A DNA stretch of 64,000 nt. Source: Chloroflexota bacterium (GTDB lineage: Bacteria > Chloroflexota > Dehalococcoidia > Lucifugimonadales > GCA-2719675). The translations under genes were made by a program, and so were the position numbers. A model generated the notes under the pieces. That model was not told the origin of the DNA and ran no database searches. It saw nothing but the letters and a program-made list of their open reading frames with translations. Each line of letters opens with the position of its first letter. Positions within the stretch are counted from its first letter, which is position 1. This document shows, in pieces, positions 37,650 to 47,418 of the stretch. The stretch is from the NCBI GenBank assembly GCA_002719675.1, contig PBID01000016.1, positions 2,837 to 66,836 of the forward strand, given 5' to 3'.

Positions 37650-37735
37650 TTAATTTAATCACCAAACTTATAATTTATCGTGAAATTGTAACATATTTGT
37701 TTTGTTATATACATAATTATGCGGTAAGGATTCTG

Positions 37736-38434
37736 TTATTTTGAGAATAGATCTAAGAACCGATCTTCATAGTAATTAAATATGTTCCATCTGTCTAATT
37801 CTTTTTTTAGTATGTTTGGATCTGCACCATTTTTTACTTCGAAAAATAAATTTTCAATATTTTGAGCCACAGCTTTTGGTATGCCACCATATGAAGGTTC
37901 AGGATTAAGTAATCCTTTTGATTGCAACTGTTTCAAATTATCTGAAATCGAGGAAGCAGTAAATTCATAAATAAATTTTAATATACTAATATCCCACAAA
38001 GAGTCTTGGCCAATAATTACTACTGACATTTCTTCCTGTTTTTTATTTAGATCGTTGGTGATTCTGTCAGCAACTTCGTTGGGGAGGCCATGTACAATAT
38101 CTGTTTGTCCAGTTTCATTTTTATAAGAGTATAAAATTCCTGGATTATTGCCTCCATCGTCAGTGATTACTTGATTGAAAAATTCATAAGCATCTTTACT
38201 AAATCCTTCAAGATTCATAGCATAATGTGGGGTGATTATTTTAGGTTTTTCAGCTATTACTCTTCCTGTACGTATCACAGTTTCTTTTTCTTTGGAATCA
38301 TGACTTTGGTACACAGGTTGAGTTAGAACATAATATTTAATATTTGTTGACCCAAAAGTCGCGAGACGTTGTTTGGGGAAACGAACAATTAAAGAATGTT
38401 CTAAGGCTCGATTAAACTGTTGATTATTTTCCAT
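37736..38434 (-). CDS. Hypothetical 232-aa soluble protein, last gene of the dnaK operon
   Basis: Lies 32 nt downstream of dnaK with no terminator between them. No TM, no J-domain HPD motif, and I recognise no family. Confidence 0.6.
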   Translation of the reverse strand: MENNQQFNRALEHSLIVRFPKQRLATFGSTNIKYYVLTQPVYQSHDSKEKETVIRTGRVIAEKPKIITPHYAMNLEGFSKDAYEFFNQVITDDGGNNPGILYSYKNETGQTDIVHGLPNEVADRITNDLNKKQEEMSVVIIGQDSLWDISILKFIYEFTASSISDNLKQLQSKGLLNPEPSYGGIPKAVAQNIENLFFEVKNGADPNILKKELDRWNIFNYYEDRFLDLFSK

Positions 38435-38466
38435 TATTAACTTGGATACTTATTAAGTTGAAACAT

Positions 38467-40380
38467 TTATACTTCTTTAAACTCTCCTTCAACTGTATCA
38501 TCATCATCACTTTTACTTTCAGAATTTTCTTCAGACTCACTGTCAGTTGGTGTTTCGCTATTTTCTTGTTGAGCAGCGTAAATTTTCCCACCTATATTTT
38601 GCATAGATGTTTGTAGTGCATCTATTTTTTCTTGAATTTGAGAATTCTCAGAACTATCATCAGCTAAAACATCCCTAAGTGATTTTATATCTTCTTCTAG
38701 TTGAGTTTTGTCTGATTCTTCAATTTTATCAGCATTATCTGCAATAAGTTTTTCGGCAGAATAAGCTATATTTTCAGCGTTATTTTTTAATTCTATTGCT
38801 TCTCTTTTTTCTTTGTCATCTTCAGCGTGTTGTTCAGCTTCGTTTACCATTTTCTCAATTTCATCTTCACTAATTCCTGAGCTTGCCGTGATGGTAATTT
38901 TTTGTTCTTTACCGGTTCCTTTATCTTTTGCGGAAACATTTAAGATGCCATTAGCATCAATATCAAATGTGACTTCAATTTGTGGCACACCTCTTGCTGC
39001 TGGAACTATACCGTCTAGCATAAAACGTCCAATAGTTTTGTTTTCAGTCGACATAGTACGTTCACCTTGAAGTACGTGAACTTCAACGCTAGTTTGGTTG
39101 TCTGCAGCAGTTGAAAATGTTTCGGTTTTTGCAGTAGGTATTGTTGTGTTTCTAGGTATTAATGAAGTAGTGACGCCGCCCAATGTTTCGATACCCAATG
39201 TTAGAGGGGTTACATCTAATAGTAAGAGATCTTGGATGTCACCTTGAAGGATTCCACCCTGTATGGCAGCACCTATTGCTACGACTTCATCTGGGTTCAC
39301 TCCTTGATGAGCCTCTTTAGCGAATAGCTTTTGAACTTTCTCCTGTATTGCAGGCATTCTAGTCATTCCGCCTACTAAAACAACTTCGTCTATTTTACTA
39401 GCAGGAATTCCAGCATCTTTCAAAGCTTTTTTACATGGGGATAGAGTTTTTTCTATTAGTTCTGCAACTAATTGCTCAAATGTTGACCTCGTAAGATTCA
39501 TAATTAAATGTTTTGGGCCAGATGAATCAGCAGTAATGAAAGGAAGATTTATTTCAGTTTGCGTTAGAGTTGAGAGTTCAATTTTCGCTCTTTCTGCAGC
39601 TTCTCTCAATCTTTGTAATGCCATTCGATCATTAGTTAAATCTATTCCTTGATCTTTTTTAAATTCTTCTATAATCCATTCAATTAATTTTTCATCAAAA
39701 TCATCTCCACCTAAATTGGTGTCTCCATTGGTAGATTTAACTTCAAATACACCATCTCCAATTTGCAATATTGTTATATCAAATGTACCTCCACCCAAAT
39801 CATATACAGCTATAGTTTCATCAGTTTTTTTATCTAGTCCATAAGCTAGAGAAGCTGCTGTTGGTTCATTGATTATTCTTAGTACTTCAAGTCCGGCAAT
39901 TTTCCCTGCATCTTTTGTAGCATTTCTTTGGCTATCATTGAAATATGCAGGAACAGTGATTACAGCTTGAGTGATGCTTTCACCAATTTTTGCTTCTGCA
40001 TCTTGTTTCAGTTTTTGCAATATCATAGCTGATATTTCCGGAGGGGCATGATTTTTATCACCCATTTTCACATAAGCATCTCCATTTGAATTTTTGATAA
40101 TTTCAAATGGAACAGATTTAGATATGTCTTGTACACTTTTTTCTTGGAATTTTTTACCCATCAATCTTTTAACTGAAAATATTGTATTTTCAGGGTTGGT
40201 GATGGATTGTCTTTTTGCAGTTAGTCCCACGTATCTTTCTGCGGTTTTTGTGTTTAAACCTATTACAGATGGGGTGGTTCTGGCTCCTTCACTGTTTTCT
40301 AAAACTTTTTGGTCTCCAGCTTCTATGATTGCCATACAAGAATTAGTTGTACCAAGGTCGATTCCTAGAATTTTAGGCAT
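38467..40380 (-). CDS. dnaK: Molecular chaperone DnaK (Hsp70)
   Basis: [17 protein letters not shown] and the full Hsp70 pattern. I prefer the start [10 protein letters not shown] at 40380 (8-nt overlap with the grpE end) over the ORF-track start at 40422. Confidence 0.97.
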   Translation of the reverse strand: MPKILGIDLGTTNSCMAIIEAGDQKVLENSEGARTTPSVIGLNTKTAERYVGLTAKRQSITNPENTIFSVKRLMGKKFQEKSVQDISKSVPFEIIKNSNGDAYVKMGDKNHAPPEISAMILQKLKQDAEAKIGESITQAVITVPAYFNDSQRNATKDAGKIAGLEVLRIINEPTAASLAYGLDKKTDETIAVYDLGGGTFDITILQIGDGVFEVKSTNGDTNLGGDDFDEKLIEWIIEEFKKDQGIDLTNDRMALQRLREAAERAKIELSTLTQTEINLPFITADSSGPKHLIMNLTRSTFEQLVAELIEKTLSPCKKALKDAGIPASKIDEVVLVGGMTRMPAIQEKVQKLFAKEAHQGVNPDEVVAIGAAIQGGILQGDIQDLLLLDVTPLTLGIETLGGVTTSLIPRNTTIPTAKTETFSTAADNQTSVEVHVLQGERTMSTENKTIGRFMLDGIVPAARGVPQIEVTFDIDANGILNVSAKDKGTGKEQKITITASSGISEDEIEKMVNEAEQHAEDDKEKREAIELKNNAENIAYSAEKLIADNADKIEESDKTQLEEDIKSLRDVLADDSSENSQIQEKIDALQTSMQNIGGKIYAAQQENSETPTDSESEENSESKSDDDDTVEGEFKEV

Positions 40381-40993
40381 TGTTATTTTCCTCCTGATTT
40401 TTATTAGTTTCATTTTGAGCAACTACTACCTGGGCAGGTCGTAGTATTTTTTCATTGATCATATATCCTGTTCTTATAACTTCAATTACTTGCCCTTCAG
40501 TTGCATTTTTTGTTTCCTGATATAGAATTGCTTCGCAAGTGAAAGGGTCAAATGTTTGATTGAGTGGGTTAATTTTTGAAACTCCTTCGGATTCTAGTGC
40601 ATTTACTAGAGTTTTTTGTATCAATTCAATTCCAGTTTGCCATACATCTGAATCTGAGTTTTTAGGCAAAGAAGCTATAGCACGTTCTACATCATCTACT
40701 ACCGTTATTAATTTCAATATTATGTTGTGTTTACTTTTTTCTCTTATATCAGTTTTTTCTTGTTCCGTCCTGTTTTTGTAGTTAATTAGATCAGCTTGAG
40801 ATCGTTGAGCTACTTGCTGCAATTGTGTTTTTTCATCATTGATTGATACGATTTCATTTCTTAATTGTTCGATAATTTGGTCTTTTGTAAGTTTTTTGTT
40901 AGTTTCAGAATCTGACTCTTCTGAGTAGATATTATTATCTTCTTTACAATTATCTTGATTGCTATTTTTTTGACGTGATGATTTTTTATTCAT
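40373..40993 (-). CDS. grpE: Nucleotide exchange factor GrpE
   Basis: Coiled-coil N-terminal region, the [12 protein letters not shown] motif and a C-terminal beta domain. Directly upstream of dnaK. Confidence 0.9.
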   Translation of the reverse strand: MNKKSSRQKNSNQDNCKEDNNIYSEESDSETNKKLTKDQIIEQLRNEIVSINDEKTQLQQVAQRSQADLINYKNRTEQEKTDIREKSKHNIILKLITVVDDVERAIASLPKNSDSDVWQTGIELIQKTLVNALESEGVSKINPLNQTFDPFTCEAILYQETKNATEGQVIEVIRTGYMINEKILRPAQVVVAQNETNKNQEENNNA

Positions 40994-41023
40994 AGGTCTT
41001 TCTATGGAAATTGAGGTTTAATT

Positions 41024-41431
41024 TCACTGGCTGTTTTGCAGAATATCCAGAATTTCATTTAAATTTTTTGCTATAAATTCTTGGTCAGCCTGTGACTTAA
41101 GTTCAGGAATAGAATTTCTCATTGCTAGTAATTTATTAAATATTCCCAGTATTAGATGTATTCCGGCTAAATTGATACCTAGTTCTCCAGCAAGACGTTT
41201 AATTAATTTCAATCTTGCAATGTCTTCCTCAGAGTAAAGCCTTAACATACCCACTGTTCTAGTCGGAGAAATAAGTCCAAACCTTTCATACTTTCTAAGA
41301 GTTTGTGGATGCATTTCTAAGATTTTGGCAGCGACGCTAATGATATACACACCTTCTTGAATATCAGGCTGTTGAAAATGATATTCTCTTTGTATAATTT
41401 TCCCCAATTTAGTGTGTGTAAAAAAATCCAT
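41024..41431 (-). CDS. hspR: MerR-family heat-shock regulator, HspR-like
   Basis: MerR HTH (YIISVAAKILEMHPQTLRKYERFGLISPTRTVGMLRLYSEEDIARLKLI). First gene of the grpE-dnaK operon. Confidence 0.8.
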   Translation of the reverse strand: MDFFTHTKLGKIIQREYHFQQPDIQEGVYIISVAAKILEMHPQTLRKYERFGLISPTRTVGMLRLYSEEDIARLKLIKRLAGELGINLAGIHLILGIFNKLLAMRNSIPELKSQADQEFIAKNLNEILDILQNSQ

Positions 41432-41470
41432 TATTTTCTATTTCAGATATAGGCTTAATATTATTTGATG

Positions 41471-41499
41471 AGTGTATAGGTTGACACGACTTATGTCAA
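41471..41499 (-). promoter_or_regulatory. Sigma70-type promoter with overlapping HAIR-like inverted repeat (candidate HspR operator)
   Basis: The minus strand reads TTGACA-taagtcgtgtcaaccta-TACACT, i.e. -35, 17 nt, -10. The -35 hexamer is one arm of the perfect palindrome TTGACA-N7-TGTCAA (41481-41499). This has the same TTGA-N13-TCAA geometry as the HspR-associated inverted repeat CTTGAGT-N7-ACTCAAG. Confidence 0.5.
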
Positions 41500-41712
41500 T
41501 GTTTTTTAGTAGATTTGATCAAGTTAATTAAGTTAAGTTACTAATTTTTGTTGAGAATTTTATATCTTTTTAATGTATAGATTAATTAAAAATTTTTTAG
41601 TGAACCATTTTAACTTTTGTTTAAAGTGTATTTCCTTTTTTTTAAAAAGGATGTTTTTGATTGAATTTCAGATATCTTTTTAAGTATACTTTATTTATGC
41701 TCGAGGTTAAGT

Positions 41713-42537
41713 TTGGAAAATATTAATTCAAATAGAATAGTAGAAGATGTCTTACATGGTTCTTTTGATTTACATGTACATTCTGGTCCAGATGATAAAT
41801 CCAAGTTAAGGCTTGGCCCATTGGAAACAGCTAGATATGCTCAAGAGTTTCAAATGAAAGGTTTTGTTTTAAAATCTCACCATTATTCTACCGCACCTAT
41901 AGCTATGATGTTAAATGATATTTATCCAGATTTGACCGTTATTAGTTCGATTACTTTGAATGACGAAGTTGGTGGAATTAATCCTAAAGCAGTTCAATCA
42001 GCGGCTGATATGGGGGCTAAAGTAGTTTGGTTTCCTGCGGATATACCATTTGGCCAAAACCATCCATTATTGACTGATGAATTAGGTAAATTAACAAATC
42101 CTGTTTTAGAAATATTAGAGATAGTTAAATCTAGAGATTTATTGATTTCTTCCGGGCACATTAATTTTAATGATTCTAGATTACTTTTCAAAACTGCAAA
42201 AGATATGAAAATTGAAAAGATGCTACTAAGTCATCCGTTGTCATTTATTGAACTTGACCAACAGCTTGAACTAGTAAATTTAGGAGTTAAAATTGAATTT
42301 GCCTTTTTAGCTTGTACTCCATCTAGAACACTGGCAACTGTTAAGGATTTTTCACAAATGATAAGGAAGGTTGGGATTCATAGTTGTGTGTTAACTACAG
42401 ATTTTGGCCAATGGTTAAATCCTGTTCCAGCTGAAGGAATGAGAATGGCAATTGCAGAATTACTAAATGTTGGCATGAAACCTGAAGAATTAATTTCTTT
42501 AACTAGGGAGAATCCTATTAATTTGGTTGGAATTTGA
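41713..42537 (+). CDS. Uncharacterised metal-dependent hydrolase-like protein (amidohydrolase/PHP-like TIM-barrel pattern)
   Basis: N-terminal FDLHVHSGPD..., then KGFVLKSHHYSTAP and later His/Asp positions typical of binuclear-metal hydrolases. TTG start after SD GAGG. The family assignment is tentative. Confidence 0.55.
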   Translation: MENINSNRIVEDVLHGSFDLHVHSGPDDKSKLRLGPLETARYAQEFQMKGFVLKSHHYSTAPIAMMLNDIYPDLTVISSITLNDEVGGINPKAVQSAADMGAKVVWFPADIPFGQNHPLLTDELGKLTNPVLEILEIVKSRDLLISSGHINFNDSRLLFKTAKDMKIEKMLLSHPLSFIELDQQLELVNLGVKIEFAFLACTPSRTLATVKDFSQMIRKVGIHSCVLTTDFGQWLNPVPAEGMRMAIAELLNVGMKPEELISLTRENPINLVGI

Positions 42538-42546
42538 AATAAGAAT

Positions 42547-43260
42547 TTATAATCCCCAAATTCTCATCCTGATAAGTCCTTTAATGTCTTCAATTATTGT
42601 TTTTATTACATTGACTTTGCTGTCTCGGTCATCAGTCCAATTTACGGGGATTTCTTTTATTTTGAATTTTTTTTTCTCAGCTAATAATAATAACTCTGTA
42701 TCAAAAAACCATCCAGAATCTTTAATTTTTGGTAGTAAAGTATTTGCTGTATGTTTGTTGATTATTTTAAAACCGCATTGAAAATCGCGAATTTTACTTA
42801 GGAATAAAAATCTAGTTAGAAAAGAATATGTTTTTGAGGTTAAAGTTCTAAGAAATTTTCTATTAGAAACGACGGAGTTTTTTAAAAGTCTGGATCCTAT
42901 AGCTATATCAAAGTTATTAAAATCAATCTCATAAATTAATGGTTTGAGAGAGGAGAGATCTGTAGAGAGGTCTACATCCATATATAAAAGTAGATCTGAA
43001 GAACTTTCAGACCATGCAGTTTTCAAAGCAATCCCACGGCCTTTAGTTTTTATTTTTTTTGCTTTTATATTATGATGAGATTTTGTTAGCTGATTTGCAA
43101 TTTCAAAAGTTGAGTCTGTTGAGCCATTATCAATAATAATTATATTTGTATCATAAGATGTAAGATTGTTTATTATAAATTCACAAATTATAGACACACT
43201 TTGTTTAAGTATGGATTGTTCGTTATATACTGGTAATACAATGTCTAGTGATTTTTTCAT
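42547..43260 (-). CDS. Family 2 glycosyltransferase (polyprenyl-phosphate hexose synthase-like)
   Basis: GT-A motifs IVLPVYNE, IIIIDNGSTDST and DxD (YMDVDLS). About 237 aa and soluble, like DPM/Ppm1-type enzymes. Confidence 0.8.
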   Translation of the reverse strand: MKKSLDIVLPVYNEQSILKQSVSIICEFIINNLTSYDTNIIIIDNGSTDSTFEIANQLTKSHHNIKAKKIKTKGRGIALKTAWSESSSDLLLYMDVDLSTDLSSLKPLIYEIDFNNFDIAIGSRLLKNSVVSNRKFLRTLTSKTYSFLTRFLFLSKIRDFQCGFKIINKHTANTLLPKIKDSGWFFDTELLLLAEKKKFKIKEIPVNWTDDRDSKVNVIKTIIEDIKGLIRMRIWGL

Positions 43261-43266
43261 AGAAGT

Positions 43267-44808
43267 TTAATGTCTAAAATGCCTAACACCGGTAAAGATC
43301 ATTTTGATTTCTAGCTCATTTGCTTTTTCAATAACCTCTTTATCGCGGATAGATCCTCCAGGTTGAATAATACAAGAAATATTTCCTTGATTTGCTAACT
43401 CGATAGTGTCAGGAAATGGGATGAAAGCATCTGAAGCTAAAATGCTTGATTGACTTTTGTTTCCTGCTTGTTTTAATGCGATTTCTAAACTTGAGACTCT
43501 ATTAGGTTGTCCGGCTCCCATTCCTAGAAGTGTGTGGTTTTTGGCTAGAATAATAGCATTAGATTTCACATATTTTGCGATTGTCCAAGCAAAAGTTGAA
43601 TCTGATAGATCATCTTGGCTTGGTTGTAATTTTGAAACAAACTGCCATTGATTATGATTTTCTGTTAAGGAATCTTTTTTTTGGATTAATGCACCTCCAG
43701 AAATTAATTTGATATCTATTTCTGGAGTTAAATCAGATTCTTTATTTGGATTTACTGAAATTATTCTAGATTTTTTTCGTTTTTTTAATATTTCTAAAGC
43801 TCCATCAGTAAACTTTGGGGCAACAATTACGTCAAAGAATATTCCTTTCATAGTTGATGCAGTTTTTTCAGTTACTTCAGAGTTAAATCCAACAATTCCG
43901 CCATAAGCTGAAACAGGGTCAGCTTGATAAGCCATTTGATAGGCTATGCTTTGATCAGAATTGATTGATAGGCCACATGGATTATTATGTTTAATTATTA
44001 CTACTGCATGATTTTCGAAATTAGAAACTAATTCAACTGCAGCATCAGCATCTAGGTAATTATTGAACGACATTTCAATACCATGGAGTTGTTCAGAATT
44101 TACAATCCCATTCTTCATAGATGGATTTGAATATACTGCAGCTTTTTGATGAGGATTTTCGCCGTATCTTAAATTTTGCTTTTTTACAAAACCAAAAGGT
44201 TGATATGTTCCAAAATATTCATCAGAATCATCTTTTAAATAGTTTGTAATTGTAGCATCGTAAACAGATATGTGTTCAAATGCTTTGACTGCTAAACTTT
44301 TTCTTTGAGACACAGTGATAGATTTTTTAGGTGATTTGGAATTTTTCATTGATTCATAAATCCATTGATAATCATCAGGATCAATCACTGGGATAACATT
44401 TAAGAAATTTTTTGCTGCAGCCCGAATCATAGTGGGACCACCAATATCGATATTTTCTATAGCTTTTTCTAAAGTTGTTTTTTCTTCTCTGATGGTTTCT
44501 ATGAATGGATAAAGGTTGACTATTACCAAATCAATTGAATCAATATTATGTTGAGACAGTTCATTTTTATGTTTATTATTATTATTAGCCAAAATACCGC
44601 CATGGATTGAAGGATGTAAAGTTTTGACTCTACCATCTAAAATCTCAGGGAATTTTGTAATTTCTGAAACTGCAGTTACAGGAATCTGATTATTTTCTAA
44701 AAACTGTTTAGTACCTCCAGTACTAATAATTTCGAAACCTAAATCAACTAAATTTCTGGCAAAATTTTGCAGGCCATTTTTGTTTGATACACTTATAATA
44801 GCTCTCAT
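43267..44808 (-). CDS. purH: Bifunctional AICAR transformylase / IMP cyclohydrolase
   Basis: MGS-like N-terminus (RAIISVSNKNGL..), the AICARFT core and the C-terminal ..FTGVRHFRH. Confidence 0.95.
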   Translation of the reverse strand: MRAIISVSNKNGLQNFARNLVDLGFEIISTGGTKQFLENNQIPVTAVSEITKFPEILDGRVKTLHPSIHGGILANNNNKHKNELSQHNIDSIDLVIVNLYPFIETIREEKTTLEKAIENIDIGGPTMIRAAAKNFLNVIPVIDPDDYQWIYESMKNSKSPKKSITVSQRKSLAVKAFEHISVYDATITNYLKDDSDEYFGTYQPFGFVKKQNLRYGENPHQKAAVYSNPSMKNGIVNSEQLHGIEMSFNNYLDADAAVELVSNFENHAVVIIKHNNPCGLSINSDQSIAYQMAYQADPVSAYGGIVGFNSEVTEKTASTMKGIFFDVIVAPKFTDGALEILKKRKKSRIISVNPNKESDLTPEIDIKLISGGALIQKKDSLTENHNQWQFVSKLQPSQDDLSDSTFAWTIAKYVKSNAIILAKNHTLLGMGAGQPNRVSSLEIALKQAGNKSQSSILASDAFIPFPDTIELANQGNISCIIQPGGSIRDKEVIEKANELEIKMIFTGVRHFRH

Positions 44809-44816
44809 TGATTCCT

Positions 44817-45839
44817 CTAATTTGATTCAATTCCATCAATTATTACTTGATGATTATTTTTTTCTATAAGTTCTCCAATTTTTGTACTTTCAGGTATGCT
44901 TGAAAGTATATTTGGCAAATTTTCTGACGAGACTATCAAAATCATTCCCATCCCCATATTAAACACATTCCACATTTCTTCATCAGATACATTTCCTTCA
45001 TTTTGTATTAGATTGAAAATATTAGGTATGTCCCAAGATGAAGGATATAATTTAGCGGTAACATTTGATGGTAGAACTCTAGGTAGATTTTCATAAAAGC
45101 CTCCGCCTGTGATATGGCATATAGCTTTTACTTTTTTTGCTGATTGATTTATTTGCTTAAGATAGCTTATATGGGGTTTTAGTAATTCGTCTCCTAAAGT
45201 TGAATTTAGTGAAGGTTCAAATTGAGATAGCCGGGAAGGAAATTTATCTAACTTGAAGACGTTTCGTATAAGAGAAAATCCATTTGTATGAATTCCATTT
45301 GAAGGTAATCCTACTAAAACATCCCCTTTTTTAACTTTGGTGTTATCGCAGATTTTTGAATCATCCAATACTCCTACTACAAATCCTACCAAATCAAAAT
45401 CTTCTCCAGTATATATTCCAGGCATTTCAGCAGTTTCACCACCTATAAGTTGACATTCATTTTCTAAGCAGGCAGATGCTATACTTCTAGCAATTTTGCC
45501 GATAGTTTCTGGGACAATTTTACTAGTTCCTATATAGTCAAGGAAAAATAATGGTTTTGCTCTATTAACTAATATGTCATTCACACAAGCGTTTACTATA
45601 TCAAAACCTATATAATTGAAATTATTTGTCATGGATGCTAATTTAGTTTTTGTACCAACTCCATCAGTACTTGAGATTAAAATTGGAGATTCATATTTTG
45701 AAAGATCAAAGCTAGCGCCAAATTTGCCGATTAAATTTCCCGTTGAAGTACCATGTATTTCAGAAACTGCTTGAGCTATTAATTTTTTTGCCTGATTAGC
45801 AGAATTTCTGTTGACACCGGAAGATTGATAACTATTCAT
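44817..45839 (-). CDS. purM: Phosphoribosylformylglycinamidine cyclo-ligase (AIR synthetase)
   Basis: PurM pattern (YQSSGVN.., DGVGTKTKLA, GGETAEMPG..). Confidence 0.95.
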   Translation of the reverse strand: MNSYQSSGVNRNSANQAKKLIAQAVSEIHGTSTGNLIGKFGASFDLSKYESPILISSTDGVGTKTKLASMTNNFNYIGFDIVNACVNDILVNRAKPLFFLDYIGTSKIVPETIGKIARSIASACLENECQLIGGETAEMPGIYTGEDFDLVGFVVGVLDDSKICDNTKVKKGDVLVGLPSNGIHTNGFSLIRNVFKLDKFPSRLSQFEPSLNSTLGDELLKPHISYLKQINQSAKKVKAICHITGGGFYENLPRVLPSNVTAKLYPSSWDIPNIFNLIQNEGNVSDEEMWNVFNMGMGMILIVSSENLPNILSSIPESTKIGELIEKNNHQVIIDGIESN

Positions 45840-45853
45840 AGGAAGTTTTTTTC

Positions 45854-47254
45854 TTATAATTCAAGATTTAGTTTGTCTAATTCCAATTGGAATGGTACAG
45901 GGTGATCTCCCGTGAAACAACCTGTACAATATTCAGAGGAAGGTTTATTCATAGTTTTCATTAATCCTTCTAGACTTAAATAACCTAAAGAATCTGCTCC
46001 TACGAAGTTGCAAATTTCTTCTATTGACATATTTGCAGCTATGAGTTCTTTTTTTGTTGCCATGTCGATTCCTAATTGGCAAGGGAATTTGATAGGAGGG
46101 GCTGTAATCCTTAGATGAACTTCTAAAACTCCTGCATTTTTAAGCAGTTTTACTACATGAGGAGTTGTAGTTCCTCTAACTATACTGTCATCTACAACTA
46201 CTAGTCTTTTACCCGAAATCAAATTTGTCAAAGGATTTAATTTGGTCTTTACTCCTAAATCTCTGAGTTTTTGATCAGGTTGAATAAAAGTTCTTCCAAC
46301 ATATCTATTTTTTACAAGTCCTTCAGAATAAGGAATTCCTGATTCTTGAGAATAGCCAACAGCTGCTGCAGTGGCAGAGTCTGGAATCCCTATCACAAAA
46401 TCAGCATCTACAGGATGTTCTTTTGCTAATTCAGATCCCATTAGCATTCTGCTATTATAAACCAATTGGTCATCTAGAATACTATCTGGTCTGGCAAAAT
46501 AAATGTGTTCAAATATACATGAATTACAATTTTTTTCAGTTGATTTGAAAATAGATTGGATCCCATTTTCATTAATTAGAACTGCTTCTCCAGGTTCAAT
46601 TTCTCTAATGAATTTCGCTCCAAGGTTGTCTAATGCACAACTTTCTGATGCAAGTATAAATCCTTCGTTTAAGCTTCCAACACATAAAGGCCTAACTCCC
46701 AATGGATCTCTAATTCCAATTATTCCTTTTTCTGTCAAGATTGTCAGAGAATATGCTCCTTTTAATTTTCTCATCAGATAGGAAATTCTTTCAGTCCAAG
46801 AAGTGTGTGGAGAATGGGTAATTAGGTTTGCGATAATTTCTGAATCGCTACCAGATGAAAAATCACATCCCCATTGAATCAACTCTTCTCTGATATCTTT
46901 TGCGTTAACGACATTTCCGTTATGTGCTAGAGCAATTTTGATTTCTGGGCCTTCTGAAATTATAGGTTGTGCGTTTCTAATATTGCTACTTCCGGTAGTT
47001 GAATATCTGGTATGGCCAATTGCTTTATCACCTTTTAATTCAAGTAAGTCATCACCGTGTATTGCTTGCGAAACCAAGCCCATTGATGTGAAAATATTTA
47101 TTTCGGTACCATCAAATGAAGCTATACCCGCACTTTCTTGTCCTCTGTGTTGAAGTGCATAAAGGGCAAAAAACGTTAATTTTGAAACTTCTTGAGATGT
47201 TGAATATACGCCTACCACACCGCATTCTTCCATTACTTTATCGTCAAAGAGCAT
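45854..47254 (-). CDS. purF: Amidophosphoribosyltransferase
   Basis: Ntn catalytic Cys after a short propeptide (..EECGVVGVY), the PRTase motif VVVDDSIVRGTT and C-terminal Fe-S cysteines. Confidence 0.95.
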   Translation of the reverse strand: MLFDDKVMEECGVVGVYSTSQEVSKLTFFALYALQHRGQESAGIASFDGTEINIFTSMGLVSQAIHGDDLLELKGDKAIGHTRYSTTGSSNIRNAQPIISEGPEIKIALAHNGNVVNAKDIREELIQWGCDFSSGSDSEIIANLITHSPHTSWTERISYLMRKLKGAYSLTILTEKGIIGIRDPLGVRPLCVGSLNEGFILASESCALDNLGAKFIREIEPGEAVLINENGIQSIFKSTEKNCNSCIFEHIYFARPDSILDDQLVYNSRMLMGSELAKEHPVDADFVIGIPDSATAAAVGYSQESGIPYSEGLVKNRYVGRTFIQPDQKLRDLGVKTKLNPLTNLISGKRLVVVDDSIVRGTTTPHVVKLLKNAGVLEVHLRITAPPIKFPCQLGIDMATKKELIAANMSIEEICNFVGADSLGYLSLEGLMKTMNKPSSEYCTGCFTGDHPVPFQLELDKLNLEL

Positions 47255-47290
47255 TTTAACCTCATGGGAAGTATATAATTTCCAAAATGA

Positions 47291-47320
47291 ATTATATTGT
47301 TTTAGTTTAATTTAGGTCAA
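47291..47320 (-). promoter_or_regulatory. Candidate sigma70-type promoter of purF-purM-purH
   Basis: The minus strand reads TTGACC (47320-47315), an 18-nt spacer, then TATAAT (47296-47291). This sits about 37 nt upstream of the purF ATG. Confidence 0.4.
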
Positions 47321-47418
47321 ATATCAATTATATCTAACATCTTACACAAATTGTTAATGCTTGATTTTTTCGAAGTTTTTGCAGTTAATTGAGAAATGTG
47401 CATTTCAAAAGCTGTTAA

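Noticed and set aside
41633-41652. AT-only palindrome TCCTTTTTTTTAAAAAGGA in the hspR / hydrolase-like divergent spacer
   Set aside because: It has very low stability and is not followed by a T tract in either orientation. It is likely a chance AT-rich palindrome rather than a terminator or operator.
42527-42781. 84-aa plus-strand ORF overlapping the end of the hydrolase-like gene and the GT2 gene
   Set aside because: It is antisense to a well-supported GT2 gene, with a hydrophobic low-complexity translation and no SD.
47255-47418. Possible purine riboswitch upstream of purF
   Set aside because: None of the conserved purine-riboswitch loop or junction sequences is present. The region is better explained by a TTGACC-18-TATAAT promoter and a short leader.
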